Shown here: piece after piece, positions 24,969 to 39,471 of the stretch
Position numbering within the stretch: the first letter of the stretch is position 1
Layout of the letters: every line of letters begins with the position of its first letter
Position numbers and translations under genes: made by a program
Notes under the pieces: generated by a model
Told to the model about the DNA's origin: nothing
Databases searched by the model: none
What the model saw: the letters and a program-made list of their open reading frames with translations, nothing else
Assembly (NCBI GenBank): GCA_964016885.1
Contig: OZ024742.1
Location: forward strand, 176,390,001 to 176,454,000
Length of the DNA stretch: 64,000 bases
Direction: 5' to 3'
Origin: Eledone cirrhosa
Taxonomy: Eukaryota

Positions 24969-27900
24969 TCATCATCATCATCATCGTTTATCGTCCATCT
25001 TCCACGCTTGCATAGGTTTGGACGGGAATTGTCCCACTTGAGGCAAGATTGGTTGTCTTGCTCGTATAGGACTGTCTGGCGGGTTTTCTACGGCTGGATG
25101 CCCTTTCTAACACCAACGACGTTTGCAGTGTGGACTGGGAGGTCTTTACCGAGTTACCTACGCGGCCACATTACAGCTACACGTCCTCATTTATTTCGGA
25201 CTGGATGTTGTGGTACCAACATAACTTTACATCGAAAGGGGTGGTGTAGATGGAGTGGGCGAAGTGGGACGGTGGTGTATTTTTGTTAAAAAATGTAGGT
25301 TTCGCTTTGTACTTAGGCAAGGCGGGTCTTCTGTATTACTGTGTAGCACCAAATGTGAGGTCGGAATTTATCAAGTCGTCCCAGGTTTTTCTGAGTCTAC
25401 CTACTCCGTGGCTACCCTCTATATTTATGGCCCTGCACTTTTTTATACAGCTGTCGTCTTTCATGCGCATGACGTGACCATACCAACGTAGTCTTCTCTC
25501 GAGTAAACAACATCTGATCCTTCTTATTCCTAATTTCTTCCTTAGTTCATTTATGCTTTGCCGTTCACGTATATTACTATTACACATCCAACGGAGCATG
25601 CAAGCTTCGTTCCTCTCCAATCTGCGTATATCCTCTGCACACAATGCCCAAGTCTCACTGCCATGTAACATTGCTGTTCGTATGCAGGCATCATACAGCT
25701 TGCCTTTCATTTTTAGAGAGAAACCTTTAGCGGTCAATAGTGGTATAATCTCTCTGAACTTTTTCCATCCCGTTCTGACTCTAGCTACTGTACTTTCAGA
25801 GTACCCTCCACCACTGCTTATTTTGTCACCCAGGTAACGGAAGGTGTCCACTATTCCTATAGAACCAACTGTGAAATGGAATGAGCTAGTATTCAGTTGG
25901 CGCTTGCTGCTACTTATTGCACCTGAGCACTGGCCACATATAAAATCTATATTCTTAGTTAGCTTACCTGTGATCCCACTACATCTTTTATGCACCCATA
26001 CTTTGCATTTGGGAGATAAAATGGAGTTTCTGCCTACTCCTTTCCTACACAGTGAGCATGGCCATTTCCCAGATGGGACCAGTGCCCTATTTTCCTTCCT
26101 ACAAACTAGAACTTTAGTCTTAGACAGGTTAATTTTAAGGCCTTTTGATTCTAGGCCATGCTTCCATGTTTGGAATTTCTTCTCTAGTTCAGCCATAGAT
26201 TCAGCTATGAGCGTTAGATCCTCTGCGTATAGGAGTTCCCATGGGCAGCCGGTCTTGAACTCCTCTGTTATAGCCTGAAGGGCAATAATAAATAGGAGGG
26301 GGCTAAGGACGTAGTCCTGATGAACACCAACTTTTAGGCTAAACTTTTCACTATATTCGTTGTTAATTCTAGCCTTGCTGACTGTTTCTTTATACATGGC
26401 TTGTATAGCCCTCACAAGCCATTCATCAACACCTAGTTTTCTGAGAGCCCACCAGATAATGGGGCGTGGGACTCTATCAAAGCTTTCTCCAAGTCAACAA
26501 AAGCTAAGTGTAGGGGTTTACTTTTAGCTAGGAACTTCTCCTGTAGTTGTCGTACAATGAAAAGAGCGTCTGTAGTACTTTTACCTGACACAAACCGGAA
26601 CTGCATTTCATCTAGATCAATTCGCTCTCTGATTAGTTGCGCTATTACTTTTTCTGTGAACTTCATGACCTGGTCCATTAATTTAATGCCTCTATAGTTT
26701 CCCCTATCTAGGGCATCTCCTTTACCCTTGTAGCAGTGAATGATGATGTTGCTACGCCAGTCCTTCGGAACGACCCCATTCTGTATGACTTGGTTTACTA
26801 TCCTGGTGACCATAGTGTGTCCCACCGTTCCAGATGCTTACAGCATTTCAGCAAATATTTCCGAAGGCCCAGCTGCCTTGCCTGTCTTCATATCTTTGAT
26901 AGCCTTACTTATTATACTACCTTCAACTTGCACTGTTGGTCCCTCTATTGGATCGATGGGGGGAGACTGTCTTTCTCCCATTTATTCTCCTCATTTAGTA
27001 GCCTTTCGTAGTGATACTTCCAAGCTACCTTCTTATCAGCATCAGTGATGGCAAGTATACCATCATCATTAAGGACACACTTCTCCCCTACAATATCACG
27101 GTTTTCCTTGACGCATTGCCTAGCAATCCTGAACACCTCACGTTTTTGGTCCTCGCGTTGTAGAACATGCTTGAACTTTCTTTCCTCTGCTTCCCTTCTT
27201 GCGAAGTACACTTGTCTCCTAGTTCCCGCCTGGCCACTAGATAGTCTTCTCTACTTCTCCCATCCCGCCATACTCTCAAAGCCTGCTTTTTGGCCTTGAT
27301 TGACTCCTCCATCTTACTGTTCAACCACCAAGTTACTATCCTCCTGCGTATAGGTCTGCTCCAGCCACATATTTCATATGTCGCCTTCAGCAGGTTAGCT
27401 TTCAGGAATCCCCACTGTTCCTCTTTATTATACGACTCTAATTGCTCTTCCTAACTATCAAAAGCGTCACGTAATATGCTTTTAAATTTATTACTGGCTG
27501 TGGGGTCCATTAGCTTCCATATTTTTCTCCTGAGGATAGTCCTCCTCTGTTGTCGAGTACGTCTCGTTCTGACTATGAGGTCGCTAATTATGAGTCTATG
27601 TTGGGATGTGCATTCTTCATGGGGGAGGGATTTAGTGTTTACAACAGACACTCTGTCACGTCTTCTGGTAAGGATATAATCAATCTGGCTGGTGTGCTCC
27701 CCTGATCTATAGGTAATCAAGTGATTGTCTCGTGTTTTGAAGTTTGTTACAGATAGTTAGGTTATTTGCGTCACAGAATTCCAGGATTCTGGGGCCTTCC
27801 TCATTTCTAGTACCAAACCCATAGCCTCCATGGATTTCGTCATAGCAGTCACAATGTTGTCCAACGTGACCATATAGGTCGCCAGCGATAATTATGTAGT

Positions 27901-28890
27901 CACTGTCTGTTATTTGGGAGGTAGTGAGCATTAACGACTCATATAATCTGTCTTTTATAACGCCAGGTAGTCCGGATTGGGGTGCATATGCAGATATTAT
28001 TGTCAAAGTAGTTCTATTGAGGACAAGTCTTATTTTAATTATTCTGTCGTTTACTCTATTTACGTCTATTATCTTATCTACCCATATTTATGCTACTAGG
28101 AATCCTATCCACCCAGCCCATTGTCATTTCCCACCCAGAAAAGCCTATATCATCGTTTTTTTACCCACAATGAATCTAGCAGACCCACCCTTCCACCTGG
28201 TCACTTGAATACAGCAAACATCGACCTCCTTACGTTCAAGCATATCTACAACCTCGTTAGAGTGACCTTTTAATGTGCCTACATTCATGGTACCAAACCT
28301 GAAGTTTTGGATTTTGTTTGGAGGCTGAGAACGGTGGGGCGTAGGTTTGTGTGTGTGAGGGGGGGGGGGGGTAACCATACGCGGCCGAAATAAAGAGGAG
28401 GAGTCCTTGCATTCTCGTCCAGCAGCATGAGGTGAATTTATCTTTATCTTTGTCATTGTCAGTGAGTGTCTAGATTTTTTCTTTTCAAGCACTCCAGAAT
28501 TCCGTAGTCCATCCATCCAATCGAAAGGCAACCAGGTCTAAAGTTAAGATATGATAGCTTAGGCCGCTGACTAATGATTGGTCCCCATAATAATGGTGAT
28601 GAGTGGGGTCGGGTGGGATGGTGATGAGTGGGGGCGGATGGGAGGGATATTAGGTAGTTAGCGAGAAGGTTTAAATAAAATCCTCGAATTTTGAACAAGC
28701 ATATATAACAGTAATGAGAGAAGAATTAAGGGATTTTAAAAATACTAGAAGATTGTTTTGAACAATCAGACAGAATTATCGAATAGCATTGAAAAAGCAA
28801 AGATTGGATTCTGGACGAAATGATACAGATTGATGAATGGACCGGGAAATGAAATGGAGTGAAGAGTAAAGAAAATAGCATTTGTACGTT

Positions 28891-28895
<5 letters not shown>
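24969..28895 (-). mobile_element. Full-length decayed RTE-clade LINE (APE endonuclease plus RT with PHD insert, (ATG)n tail)
   Basis: Frameshifted ORF pieces: GTMNVGTL, AYAPQ, IAGDL.GHVG, SQIDYIL, CTSQH, NYRGIKL, AFVDLEKA, GVHQD.VLSPLLF, YAED. 3' tail gatgatgatga at 24969-24985. Confidence 0.95.
25336..28460 (-). pseudogene. RTE ORF (endonuclease-reverse transcriptase), multiply frameshifted, catalytic YADD changed to YAED
   Basis: ORF track 28145-28531, 27707-28006, 27451-27720, 27088-27324, 26945-27211, 26433-26825 and 25336-26415; YAED at 26218-26229. Confidence 0.92.
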
Positions 28896-28946
<51 letters not shown>

Positions 28947-29554
28947 CAGCTTAGTAAATTTAATGAGTATACTTATTCCATCTGTAAAACAATGAGTTAT
29001 ATACTAGTATAAATAGAATGACACACACCACCTAAATATGTCATATCTAGCAGAGATTGGAATACAATTTTGAAATAATTGTACACGAAAATCTAAAAAG
29101 AATTAAACAGAATTTACCAGTGCAAGAACGACAAAGAGAAAGTGTAAAGCCATCGTAATAATAATACATATAATTCTAATTGAATTTTGATAGCGATCTT
29201 ACCAAAGGGTAAATTCAAAGAAACATTGTAAATATTAACAGAAGAAACCTAATAAATGAGGGGAGACATAATGCTTTAAGAGAATTTTCTATAACTTTAC
29301 TATTCAAATTGAAATTAAGAAAATTTACATAATTAAAAGTATATTAGCCCTCAAACAATCTTCTAAGTGATTAATAAAAAAATAATAATAATAAATAAAA
29401 ACAAGACATAAAAAATATCCAATATATCAACCCTGTTGATATGAAGAAAAGATTAAATTCAAATATTGACAAATTACGAAAAACAAATAAACAGATTGTT
29501 TTATTGAATACAGCCTGAAGAGATAAAACATTGCAAACAAGTCTCTAAACCATG

Positions 29555-29586
<32 letters not shown>

Positions 29587-29590
<4 letters not shown>

Positions 29591-30127
29591 TTTGCGTTTC
29601 TGAATTTGTTTAGCAAGATTCTTTATCTGAAAACGTGTGTTGAAACCGATATTGTTATGCTTTGGGAGGGTCATGTTGCCAATAAGAAACACACGCACCA
29701 GTAGCTTTCACTCAAATTTATTATAAGTTAAATTTATAAATTTAAGAATTTATGAATTTTCGGTTGGTTGGTTGGTTGGTTCAACAACCGGACGGTTGTT
29801 CATATATTATCAAAGTTCTTTCGTCACACATTCTGTGACCTCTTCAGTGACTGGGATTCTTTTCTTTATTTTTGTGCCTTTCCTTTGTTCTGCCCTACGC
29901 CAAATTGTTTTTGTGTGTGTTGTATGCTTAGTTTGCGCATGTGTTATATCCGGGTGTCTGTGTGTGTTTATATTTGTTTATTTATTTGTTTATTTACATG
30001 TTACTGGTTGGTTACGGATATTTATAAATTCTTAAATTTATAAATTTAACTTATAATAAATTGGAGTGAAAGCAACTGGTGCGTGTGTTTCTTATTGGCA
30101 ACATGACCCTCCCAAAGCATAACAATA
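29587..30127 (-). mobile_element. PLE-like family B element: tail plus inverted arms plus hammerhead
   Basis: Arms about 29650-29755 and 30020-30127 are inverted; tail 29587-29650. Relatives at 33589-33817, 34970-35555 and about 24425-24515. Confidence 0.75.
29807..29854 (-). ncRNA. Minimal hammerhead motif (extra G before stem II)
   Basis: cagtca-CTGAAGA-g-gtcaca gaatg tgtgac-GAAA-gaac-TT-tgat; decayed homolog at about 35155-35205. Confidence 0.55.
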
Positions 30128-30218
<91 letters not shown>

Positions 30219-30257
30219 GATATTAACAAATGGAAATTATATTTATAAAACCATATT

Positions 30258-30322
30258 TATTTCATTATATATATTTCAAGGACACGAAGTCAAATTATGG
30301 CGCGTTTTCATCAGATAAAATA
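30258..30322 (-). ncRNA. Minimal type I hammerhead ribozyme
   Basis: tattttat-CTGATGA-aaacgcg...cgtgtcctt-GAAA-tatata-TA-atgaaata; 8-bp stem I and palindromic stem III. Confidence 0.78.
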
Positions 30323-31298
30323 TAATATAGAGCAGTTTTATAAATAAAAATTATGCCAAATATGGAACGTATTAGCAAGGCATCGTCACTTGACCAATCT
30401 AGCCCCAGAACATAACAGCCCATCTAACCCATGCCAGCATGAAAAGTGTACTAAAAAACGATTATGATGGTATAATTATAGATGCACATTAGAATTACCT
30501 GACATTCTAGGTAATTTAAATTAGATTATCATGTAGCATTAGGTCTAATATAAAATATAGAGACTTTCATATTATTATTGTTGAAAGATAAGGAGACTGG
30601 TTCTGATTTTGTAACATATATGAAAGAATGTCTACCTGGTATGTTCTAAAATCCTACCTGCCACCAGCCCAGCGCCAAAGTCTGGTGATTGGCTTGAATT
30701 CTGCATGGATATGAAACAAAGAGAAATGTGGTGTAGGATGTGAATTTAAAACATGTTTCAATAAAGAAAAAGAGTTTGGAAAGATCTGGTGTACTTTCTC
30801 CTCAATTTTAACATTATCCACAGTGTTATCTACTCAGATTTGGCTACTGCTTTAGCAAGTTGAGTGACATCATAAATGATTTCTCTTTAGTCTATGAACA
30901 AGTTATCATTCAATTTCAGTGAAGACATAAAAATAACATTTGGCCTTTAGTAAAGTACTGGAAACATTAGTAATATGTCAAGGAATCCTAAGAAAGCAGA
31001 TAGATGACTACAGACTTCCTGAAGAGGAAATTATACAGGAAATAAACAAGACAACATCTCACAGGAGACATTATAAAACACCAAACCAATGATATCATCC
31101 TTTCTGTTGTTATTTAATCTCAGGTTAACCATGATATTGAGCTGAACTGCGATCCAACTTTGACACTCCAGCTTTGACTATCCCCATCTATTTTAAGATT
31201 TAATGGTGAAACATATGTTGATTTGAAAATGTGACCTAGGCTGTTCGAACATCTGAATGTCGAATTCATGAATTTGGGTGTAATATTGCAGGCATCTG

Positions 31299-31807
<509 letters not shown>

Positions 31808-32104
31808 CATATGTAAAGGCTTCCTTTCGATATGAATGATCATGTGGTTTCCACATAGAAAGTACCTCTTCAAGGCATAAGTCTGGCAATATGTTTTTGT
31901 AGAAGACAATACAGTCAGGCACCATTGATGTTGAAACTCATTTCTACAGTTGAATGAAGTGAAGCAGAGTGAAATAAAGTGTCTTGCTCAAACACGCAGT
32001 ACATTTCCCAGTCTGGGATTTGAACTCACAACCTGAGGATTATGAATCCAACTCTCTAACCATATATATATATATTTATATATCTATATATATATATATA
32101 TATA

Positions 32105-33525
32105 TAGTAATAATAATAAATTTGAAGACTAAAATCCAAAGAGGGCTCGATAAGGATAAATATATATCAAATATATAAGAACCGTAGAGCAAATATTTAT
32201 TAAAATAACAGATTAAAGTTTAAGCAAAGAATCGCTGCTTCACCCTTAACGGGATCTTCTGAAACTAACAAAGTCAATCTGTAAACGCAGAACTGGATAT
32301 TTCAAAAAACGTTGCAACCGGAGGAAGACAGGAAGACGATACTTTGGTTCGTGGAAACGTTCGCTGGCAAAGAACGGGAAAAAACGAATATTATACGTCA
32401 TTAATAGGAGCGGAGCGGTGAAAAATAATTACGCGCAAAGACAGTACCACGTTTATGGTATAAAAGAGGTCGTAGACTAATGTTCTCTTAGGTGGTGCAT
32501 AGAGACGTTCTCTGGCAATGAACGAAAAAAACCGAAGATAATACGTCATATGTGGAGCGTGGAGAACAATAGCACGCAAAGACAAAACCACGTAAATGGT
32601 ATAGCAGAAGTCGTATACTAAAATTCTAACTAGGAGAACGAATGAATCTCCGCTACAGAGTTAAGAACAAAGTAAATAAATACAATACAGAAGTAATAGA
32701 AATAAATAAATACATACGCGCAAATAAATACGTACATACACAAACATACGCAAAAACTTACCATAGGTAAACAAAACCACGCACATATAAATATGTGTGT
32801 GTGTGTATGCGTGTATACAAATAAATAAATAAATAATTATATAAACGTATATAAATAAATAAATACGTATATAACAAGCGCACACACATACCTACATGTA
32901 AATGCACGAATGTTCGGAGACATAAGTCAACCAAAACATGAAGTACACATATACACACGCTCTACATACGTACGAACCTCCATACTCACACAGACGCAAA
33001 ACTCCCGTATACACATAGCCGAACCGTATGTACAAGAATATATAAAAAAATTATATATTATAACTCTGTAGCGGAGATTCATTCGGTCTCCTAGTTAGAA
33101 TTTTAGTCTACGACTTCTGCTATACCATTTACGTGGTTTTGTCTTTGCGTGCTATTGTCCTCCACGCTCCACATATGCCGTATTATCTTCGTTTTTTTCG
33201 TTCATTGCCAGAGAACGTCTCTATGCACCACCTAAGAGAACATTAGTCTACCACTTCTTTTATACCATAAACGTGGTTTTGTCTTTGCGCGTAATTGTTT
33301 TTTCCCGCTCCTATTAATGACGTATTATATTCGTTTTTTCCCGTTCTTTGCCAGCGAACGTTTCCACGAACCAAAGTATCGTCTCCCTGTCTTCCTCCGG
33401 TTGCAACGTTTTTTGAAATATCCAGTTCTGCGTTTACAGATTGACTTTGTTAGTTTCAGAAGATCCCGTTAAGGGTGAAAGCAGCGATTATTTGCTTAAA
33501 CTTTAGTCTGTTATTTTAGTAAATA
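32105..33525 (-). mobile_element. PLE-like family A long copy: tail plus ~470-bp inverted arms
   Basis: About 32195-32663 is inverted at 33061-33525; tail 32105-32195; arms contain a ~140-bp internal direct repeat. Older relative at about 38115-38320. Confidence 0.8.
33452..33502 (+). ncRNA. Hammerhead-like fold with CAGAAGA (U4A) core
   Basis: agttt-CAGAAGA-tccc gttaa gggt-GAAA-gca..tgc-TT-aaact. The same core occurs at 2162, 5540 and (minus) 5516 and 32255. Confidence 0.5.
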
Positions 33526-33530
33526 TATAA

Positions 33531-33588
<58 letters not shown>

Positions 33589-33594
<6 letters not shown>

Positions 33595-33817
33595 ATACTT
33601 TGGGAGGGTCATGTTGCCAATAAGAAACACACGCACCAGCTGCTTTCACTTCAATTTATTATATATTTATAAATTTATAAATATATAATAAATTGAAGTG
33701 AAAGCAACTGGTGCGTGTGTTTCTTATTGGCAACATGACCCTCCCAAAGTAAAACAATATCGGTTTCAACACACGATTTCAGATAAAGAATCTTGCTAAA
33801 CAAATTCAGAAACGAAA
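33589..33817 (+). mobile_element. Family B loop-less palindrome (~85-bp arms) plus tail
   Basis: Symmetry centre at 33673/33674 (tttataaa|tttataaa); tail 33759-33817. Confidence 0.8.
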
Positions 33818-34567
33818 TATATATATACATATATATATATATATAAATGAACCAATCAATATACGTAATGAAGGCTTAACAGATAATCCTTGTATCAGAG
33901 AAAACATATGTTTCTTGACGATGATGCACACATATATAATATAATTATAATATATTAGTTTAATGCTTGATATAGTTAGTAAAGACTGTTAAGATTTTGG
34001 ACGCTAGTCCTTTATCAGCAGATAGAATGGGAAAGAGAAGGGAGGAATTTTGAAAGAGAAAAGAAATAGGAAAATAGATATAAATAAGAAAAGAAAGCAA
34101 ATTGGGAAAAAGTTAGATGACAAAGCACATGTTAGTCAGCCATCTTCAATATATATATATATATGGATATGCACATACCTATCTTTTTATTTTGTTTCAG
34201 TTTCTTGTGGTAAAATTCTATGATACTTATTATACAAACTTCTATCTGTCAAAGCTATAGAAATTATCAATGCAAAGAAAGTTGTTGTCGATGTATGAAT
34301 TTCAAGCAGGTGAGCAGGTTAATTTTAAAACATCCTGACATTATAACTGTACATGACAAGGTGGGACAATAGTTGTTTTATATGAATACCAAGTAACTCT
34401 CTATTATCATATATATCTGAGAAGTTAAGAGATTTCAGTAACGAAAGCCATCAAACAAAATGTTTTCTCATCACATATTAGATATAAATAAATAAAGAAA
34501 GCTGTTTATGTTCCATATTTTCTTCCTTTGCTCTATAGTCTCTCTCTCGCTCTCTTTCTATATATAT

Positions 34568-34781
34568 ATAACGAAGGAAATGTGGTAAGGAACCAGGTGG
34601 ACCATAACGCACCAAAGTACTCAATACTTGAGGTAGTAGAGTGGGTAATAGGAACCAGTAAGACCCCGACAGCTGAGCTCAAGCCGTTTCGACGGCTAAT
34701 TCTGGACGGCTAATCCAAAGAATTGAGTCCAGAATTAGCCGTCGAAACGGCTAGAGCTCAGCTGTCGGGGTCTTACTGGTT

Positions 34782-34785
<4 letters not shown>
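34568..34785 (-). mobile_element. Tail plus fold-back insertion (family of 24775-24955)
   Basis: About 59-bp inverted arms taggaacc...ctggac / gtccag...ggttccta. Confidence 0.7.
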
Positions 34786-34817
<32 letters not shown>

Positions 34818-34925
34818 CAATGTATATATATATTTATATATACATTATATATATATATATATGTATGTCTGTATTTATATATGTATATGTGTATTTATGC
34901 ATATATATGAATGTAAGTATTTATG

Positions 34926-34969
<44 letters not shown>

Positions 34970-34972
<3 letters not shown>

Positions 34973-35555
34973 CGTTTTGTATTTGTTTTGCAAGTTTTAT
35001 TGTCTGAAAACGTGTATTGAAACATTTATTTTTATACTTTGAGAGGGTCATGCTGCTGATAAGACACACCTGCACCTGTTGGGTTTCATGTCATTTTATT
35101 ATTATCATTTCCCAGTCAGTTAGTTTAATAACTGGGTGGTTGTTTAGTTGTTGATTTCACCAAAGCACTTTCATCACACATTCTGTGACCTCCCCAGTGA
35201 CAATTTTTGTTGATATTTTGTGATTATCCTTTTTCTGTACTACACTATATTGTTTTTGTGAGCTGTGTACATGGGCTGTGGATGCCTCATATCCATGTTG
35301 TGTGAGTTAGTGTTATTGTGTGGTTTTATTTATTTATTTAGAAATAAATTAATAAAACAAAGGAATCACACAGAGAACAAGTAACGAGCTAGTGACAAGT
35401 AGGAACGAGAGGAAATATATAAATAAATAAATAAATAAATATATAAAAAAATATTAAACTAACCGACTGGGAAATTATAATGGCAAATTGAATTGAAATC
35501 CAACAGGTCAGTGTTTCTTATAGACAGCATGATATGATCCTCCCAAAGTATAGCA
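34970..35555 (-). mobile_element. Older family B element
   Basis: Diverged copy of 29587-30127, including the inverted arms. Confidence 0.6.
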
Positions 35556-35769
35556 ACAAGTCTGAGCTATGTTGTTTGTGGAAGATCAGCAGTCACCCAT
35601 GCATACAGTCTCCCTTCTCCATGCCACTGATTTTGTCCAAGGGAAATGCAACGGTCAATACAGCTTGGCACCAGTGATATCGCAACTCATTTCTACAACT
35701 GAGTAAACTGAAGCAACGTAAAATAACGTCTCAGACTGAGCTCAAAGACACAATGCATCCAAAGAATAG

Positions 35770-36230
35770 AATTACTTTGAATGTTGCTGCTTGGAATGCT
35801 GGAACACTTCTTGACAGGGAATTATCCCCAAATCCAGAATGCAGAACAGCTATTGTTGGCAGAGAATTGAGCAGTTATAATATAGCCCTCAAATGTGGCA
35901 CCATTGAAATCAAAAGATAGGAATGTCTTCATCAAATATGAGTTGGTGGACTGAACACTTTACATATATGTTTGATAACCGATCTGTAGTTGATTTGGAA
36001 ATTATCAATGGACTACAAAAAGGAGATTCATCTTTGAAGGTTCTCTGGGCTGCTACACATGCAGCATCCGTAAAAGTTCTCGAACAACCACTCATCTGAT
36101 GGGCAGATACCTCTGAAAGACAAGCCAAACAATTTGAAGAGATGGCAAGAGCACTTTGAAACTGTATTGAACCCCAGCATTAATGATGATGTTATAGAGT
36201 CTATTTCCCAATAACAAACACACAGAAATA
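35770..36230 (+). pseudogene. BovB-like RTE fragments
   Basis: LNVAAWNAGTLLDR...ECRTAIVGRELSSYNI and SSDGQIPLKDK...LKRWQEHFETVLNP. Confidence 0.65.
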
Positions 36231-36253
36231 CAGATCATGCATGCAGATTTACA

Positions 36254-36294
<41 letters not shown>

Positions 36295-37276
36295 TCATAT
36301 ATACATACATACATATATTTTCTTTTCTCATATATTTTTTATTATCTATGAGAAAAATATATACATAGAGTTATTTGAAGAGAAATTGTGAGTGAGAAAA
36401 TTCCAGCTAAATGTGTTTATGCCCTTACAGAGAGAAATATAGACACGAGAATCTTAAGTGTACAAGAAAAGTGGCCTTTTTGACACAAAGCATATAAAAC
36501 AAATTAAGATGATAGATAACATTTCTTAAATTATTTAATTCTTTACAATTATTTTCACACACATTTTCATTAAATTTAAAACTAGGATAGACAAAATGCA
36601 GTACACATTGGTAATACTAATAAAATAATAATAACTGTAATAATACAAGTATGAGGAGGAATACTAATATTTTACATCTTATATGTAATTAAATAGCTAT
36701 GTATCTCATCTGAAGATTAAAGAATCAGTGTCAAAGAAAGGTATGTGTATATGTGTACAGGGGGCAGAATATGTTGCTATTTTAGTGACTACATCTCTAC
36801 TAGCAACAAGTACTGTCCAGATGGTGCACATACAAACCAATGTGCATATGCTAATGACAGCTTCTTCTGTTAAACATTGTCTTGACATAGAGGCAACAGA
36901 AAGGAATGTGGGCATTTTAACAATCAAAGAGGCCATTGTCATTAACCAGAGAAAAACATAGATAGATAATAGATTGAAAAGACAAGAAGCATGCTGGCTA
37001 CTATAACGAATTCACACATGCATATTTCAGGCACGTAGGCCTGTTAATGAAGAACACATTGATCATTTGTTTTTGTTTTAAACTGTTTCTGCTTTGCAAT
37101 TGAAAAGAGTGTAATAACCTTGAAATATTATGTTGAAATATATTAGGTTAAATATTAATTGTTTTGTTTTATTTGTCATCCTGTGTCCTTTATATATTTC
37201 TACCACATTGTACATGGTTTTTGAAACTTATCAGTCTTTCATTATATATCTCACAATGCTTCATATTAAATATACT

Positions 37277-37380
<104 letters not shown>

Positions 37381-38630
37381 TGTATATATAGTGTATTTTG
37401 CAATACACTGTATGCTTAATTAAAAGCATTTCGAAGACCTTACGCTAATGTTTTAGAGTAGTGACAGTCTCACTACTTTTAATTTTCAGCAAACAGGGGA
37501 GATAAAGCTGACAGAGCTGTGTTTCATACTGATTGGTACTTATCAAAGCCAAGTACTCCATCTGTTTGCTGAAAATCATGAATGTTTGATTCTTATAGAA
37601 TGTTTAGTAATAATCAGGAACTGATTATACAGAGCGGTTGCCGGTCAAGCAGAAATTGAAAATTAGAATTAGCGCTCTGAAATAGCGATATATATATGAA
37701 TGTATATATAGTGTATTTTGTATTGCGAAATGCTTTTAATTAAGCATACAGTGTAGTGCTTCATCGACTCCAAGGAAGTGGTTAAAGGGGTTATCTGCCG
37801 GGGACCCTATAATCAATATCTGGAAAAATGACAGTGCTCATGACCATCCGGAGTACATAAGTAACCTATGTCTTAAGTTTGGTGAACATACTGTAGAAAT
37901 TCATAAGGTTCGTGCGTGCGTGTGTGTGTGTGGGGGGGGGGGGGTATGTATTTGTGTGTCCGTATGTATGTGTATGTCAGTCGGGGCATACGTATGTACT
38001 GGCCTAAATCTTCACAATTTACTTTTACTATTTTAATAACCTCTGTCATTTTCGTTTTCAATTTTATTTACATCATTCTTAAACTCCGGGGCTGGAAATC
38101 ATTCTGTTATTTTAAATAGAATATTAGTATAACGACTCCATTTATACCATAAACTTGGTCCTGTCTTTGCATGAAATTGTTCTTCCCGATCCACATAACG
38201 ACGTATTATCCTCGCTTTCCCCCCGTTCATTGCCAGGAAACGTCATCACGATCCAAAATATCTCGGTTGCAACGTTTCTTGAAATATTTACTTCTGCGTT
38301 CACAGATTACTCTCAGTTCAATTTGAATGGGAAATTCCTGTTTCATCGATTTTCTCCGTAACCATGGAAGCTTGTAGCTTGAAACTCGACCCAACGCCTC
38401 CTCAGGTCATTCTGCATAACTGTGTAAATTTTCGCTGCATTCCACCAAGCCGTTTCGACGTTTATCTGACTATAACCTACATATACAACGTCCGACCACT
38501 TCCAATTTATATAGTACATTTGTTTATATATGAATGACAAAAAGAAAAGTACAAAATTATACATGAATTGTTTCTACTAAACCTTCAATTTAAGACACAA
38601 CCTACATATTTGATAGGACTCCAGCTCACA

Positions 38631-38752
38631 TCTTCTTCTTCTTCTTCTTCTTCTTCTTCTTCTTCTTCTTCTTCTTCTTCTTTTTCTTCTTCTTCTTCTT
38701 CTTCTTCTTCTTCTTCTTCTTCTTCTTCTTCTTCTTCTTCTTCTTCTTCTTC
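38631..38752. repeat. (TTC)n microsatellite, about 40 units
   Basis: Direct reading; explains the poly-S, poly-E and poly-R ORFs. Confidence 0.98.
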
Positions 38753-39428
38753 TAAGTTTGCTCCCCCTGGAACATTGGGCTGCGAGCCACCCCCACACAA
38801 CGCCATGTTCTGAGTCTGCTTTTCAACTCCACCGTGATACACGGTGCGTCATGGTGTATTTAACCGTTTGTTTAGGTCATACTACGGGATGTTACTGCTT
38901 TATTTGTATGAAATTGTAAATAAGACAAAAGTATTAGAACAGGAGGAAATAACTCACCGAACCCGATAGTTTTGGGGACCCAGGGACCACATTTTTCAAG
39001 ATATTTGCTTCCTTGGCACTTTTTACATAGGTGTGTAAATGTTCATATCAGTCCGACCACGTCTACTACCATTTAACCGTGCACATCTGAAATTCAACCA
39101 CCACCCATTTCACAAATATATATATATTATATATATATATAGAGAGAGAGAGAGAATAGAATGAAACGAAATTTCATTTCTCACTCTTAGTACGGCACTT
39201 ACTTAAATGTAAGTATATATGTATGTATACGTACATACATATATGTATACAGACGTTCAGTAGTATGTATATATATACATGCAGACATAATTATATATGC
39301 ACGTATCGGTTTACCGAACATTTATTATAATGCTCGGTTTGTTTGTTTGTAAACAAACAAACAGTCCGGATTACGCCGTACAGTGTTTAGGCAACCGCGT
39401 CATATTTTTGTTCAACACTGACACAGGA

Positions 39429-39471
39429 ACGATGTACTAGTTTCAGGCTTATTAGCTATCGTCAGCATCGT
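39429..39471 (-). ncRNA. Minimal type I hammerhead ribozyme
   Basis: acgatg-CTGACGA-tagct aata agcct-GAAA-ctag-TA-catcgt; perfect 6-bp stem I and CTAG palindrome. Confidence 0.8.

Noticed and set aside
25553-28208. Plus-strand ORFs over the LINE, and minus-strand ORFs at 62367-63901
   Set aside because: Antisense shadows of RTE coding sequence.
38568-38842. Poly-Ser, poly-Glu and poly-Arg proteins
   Set aside because: (TTC)n read in different frames.
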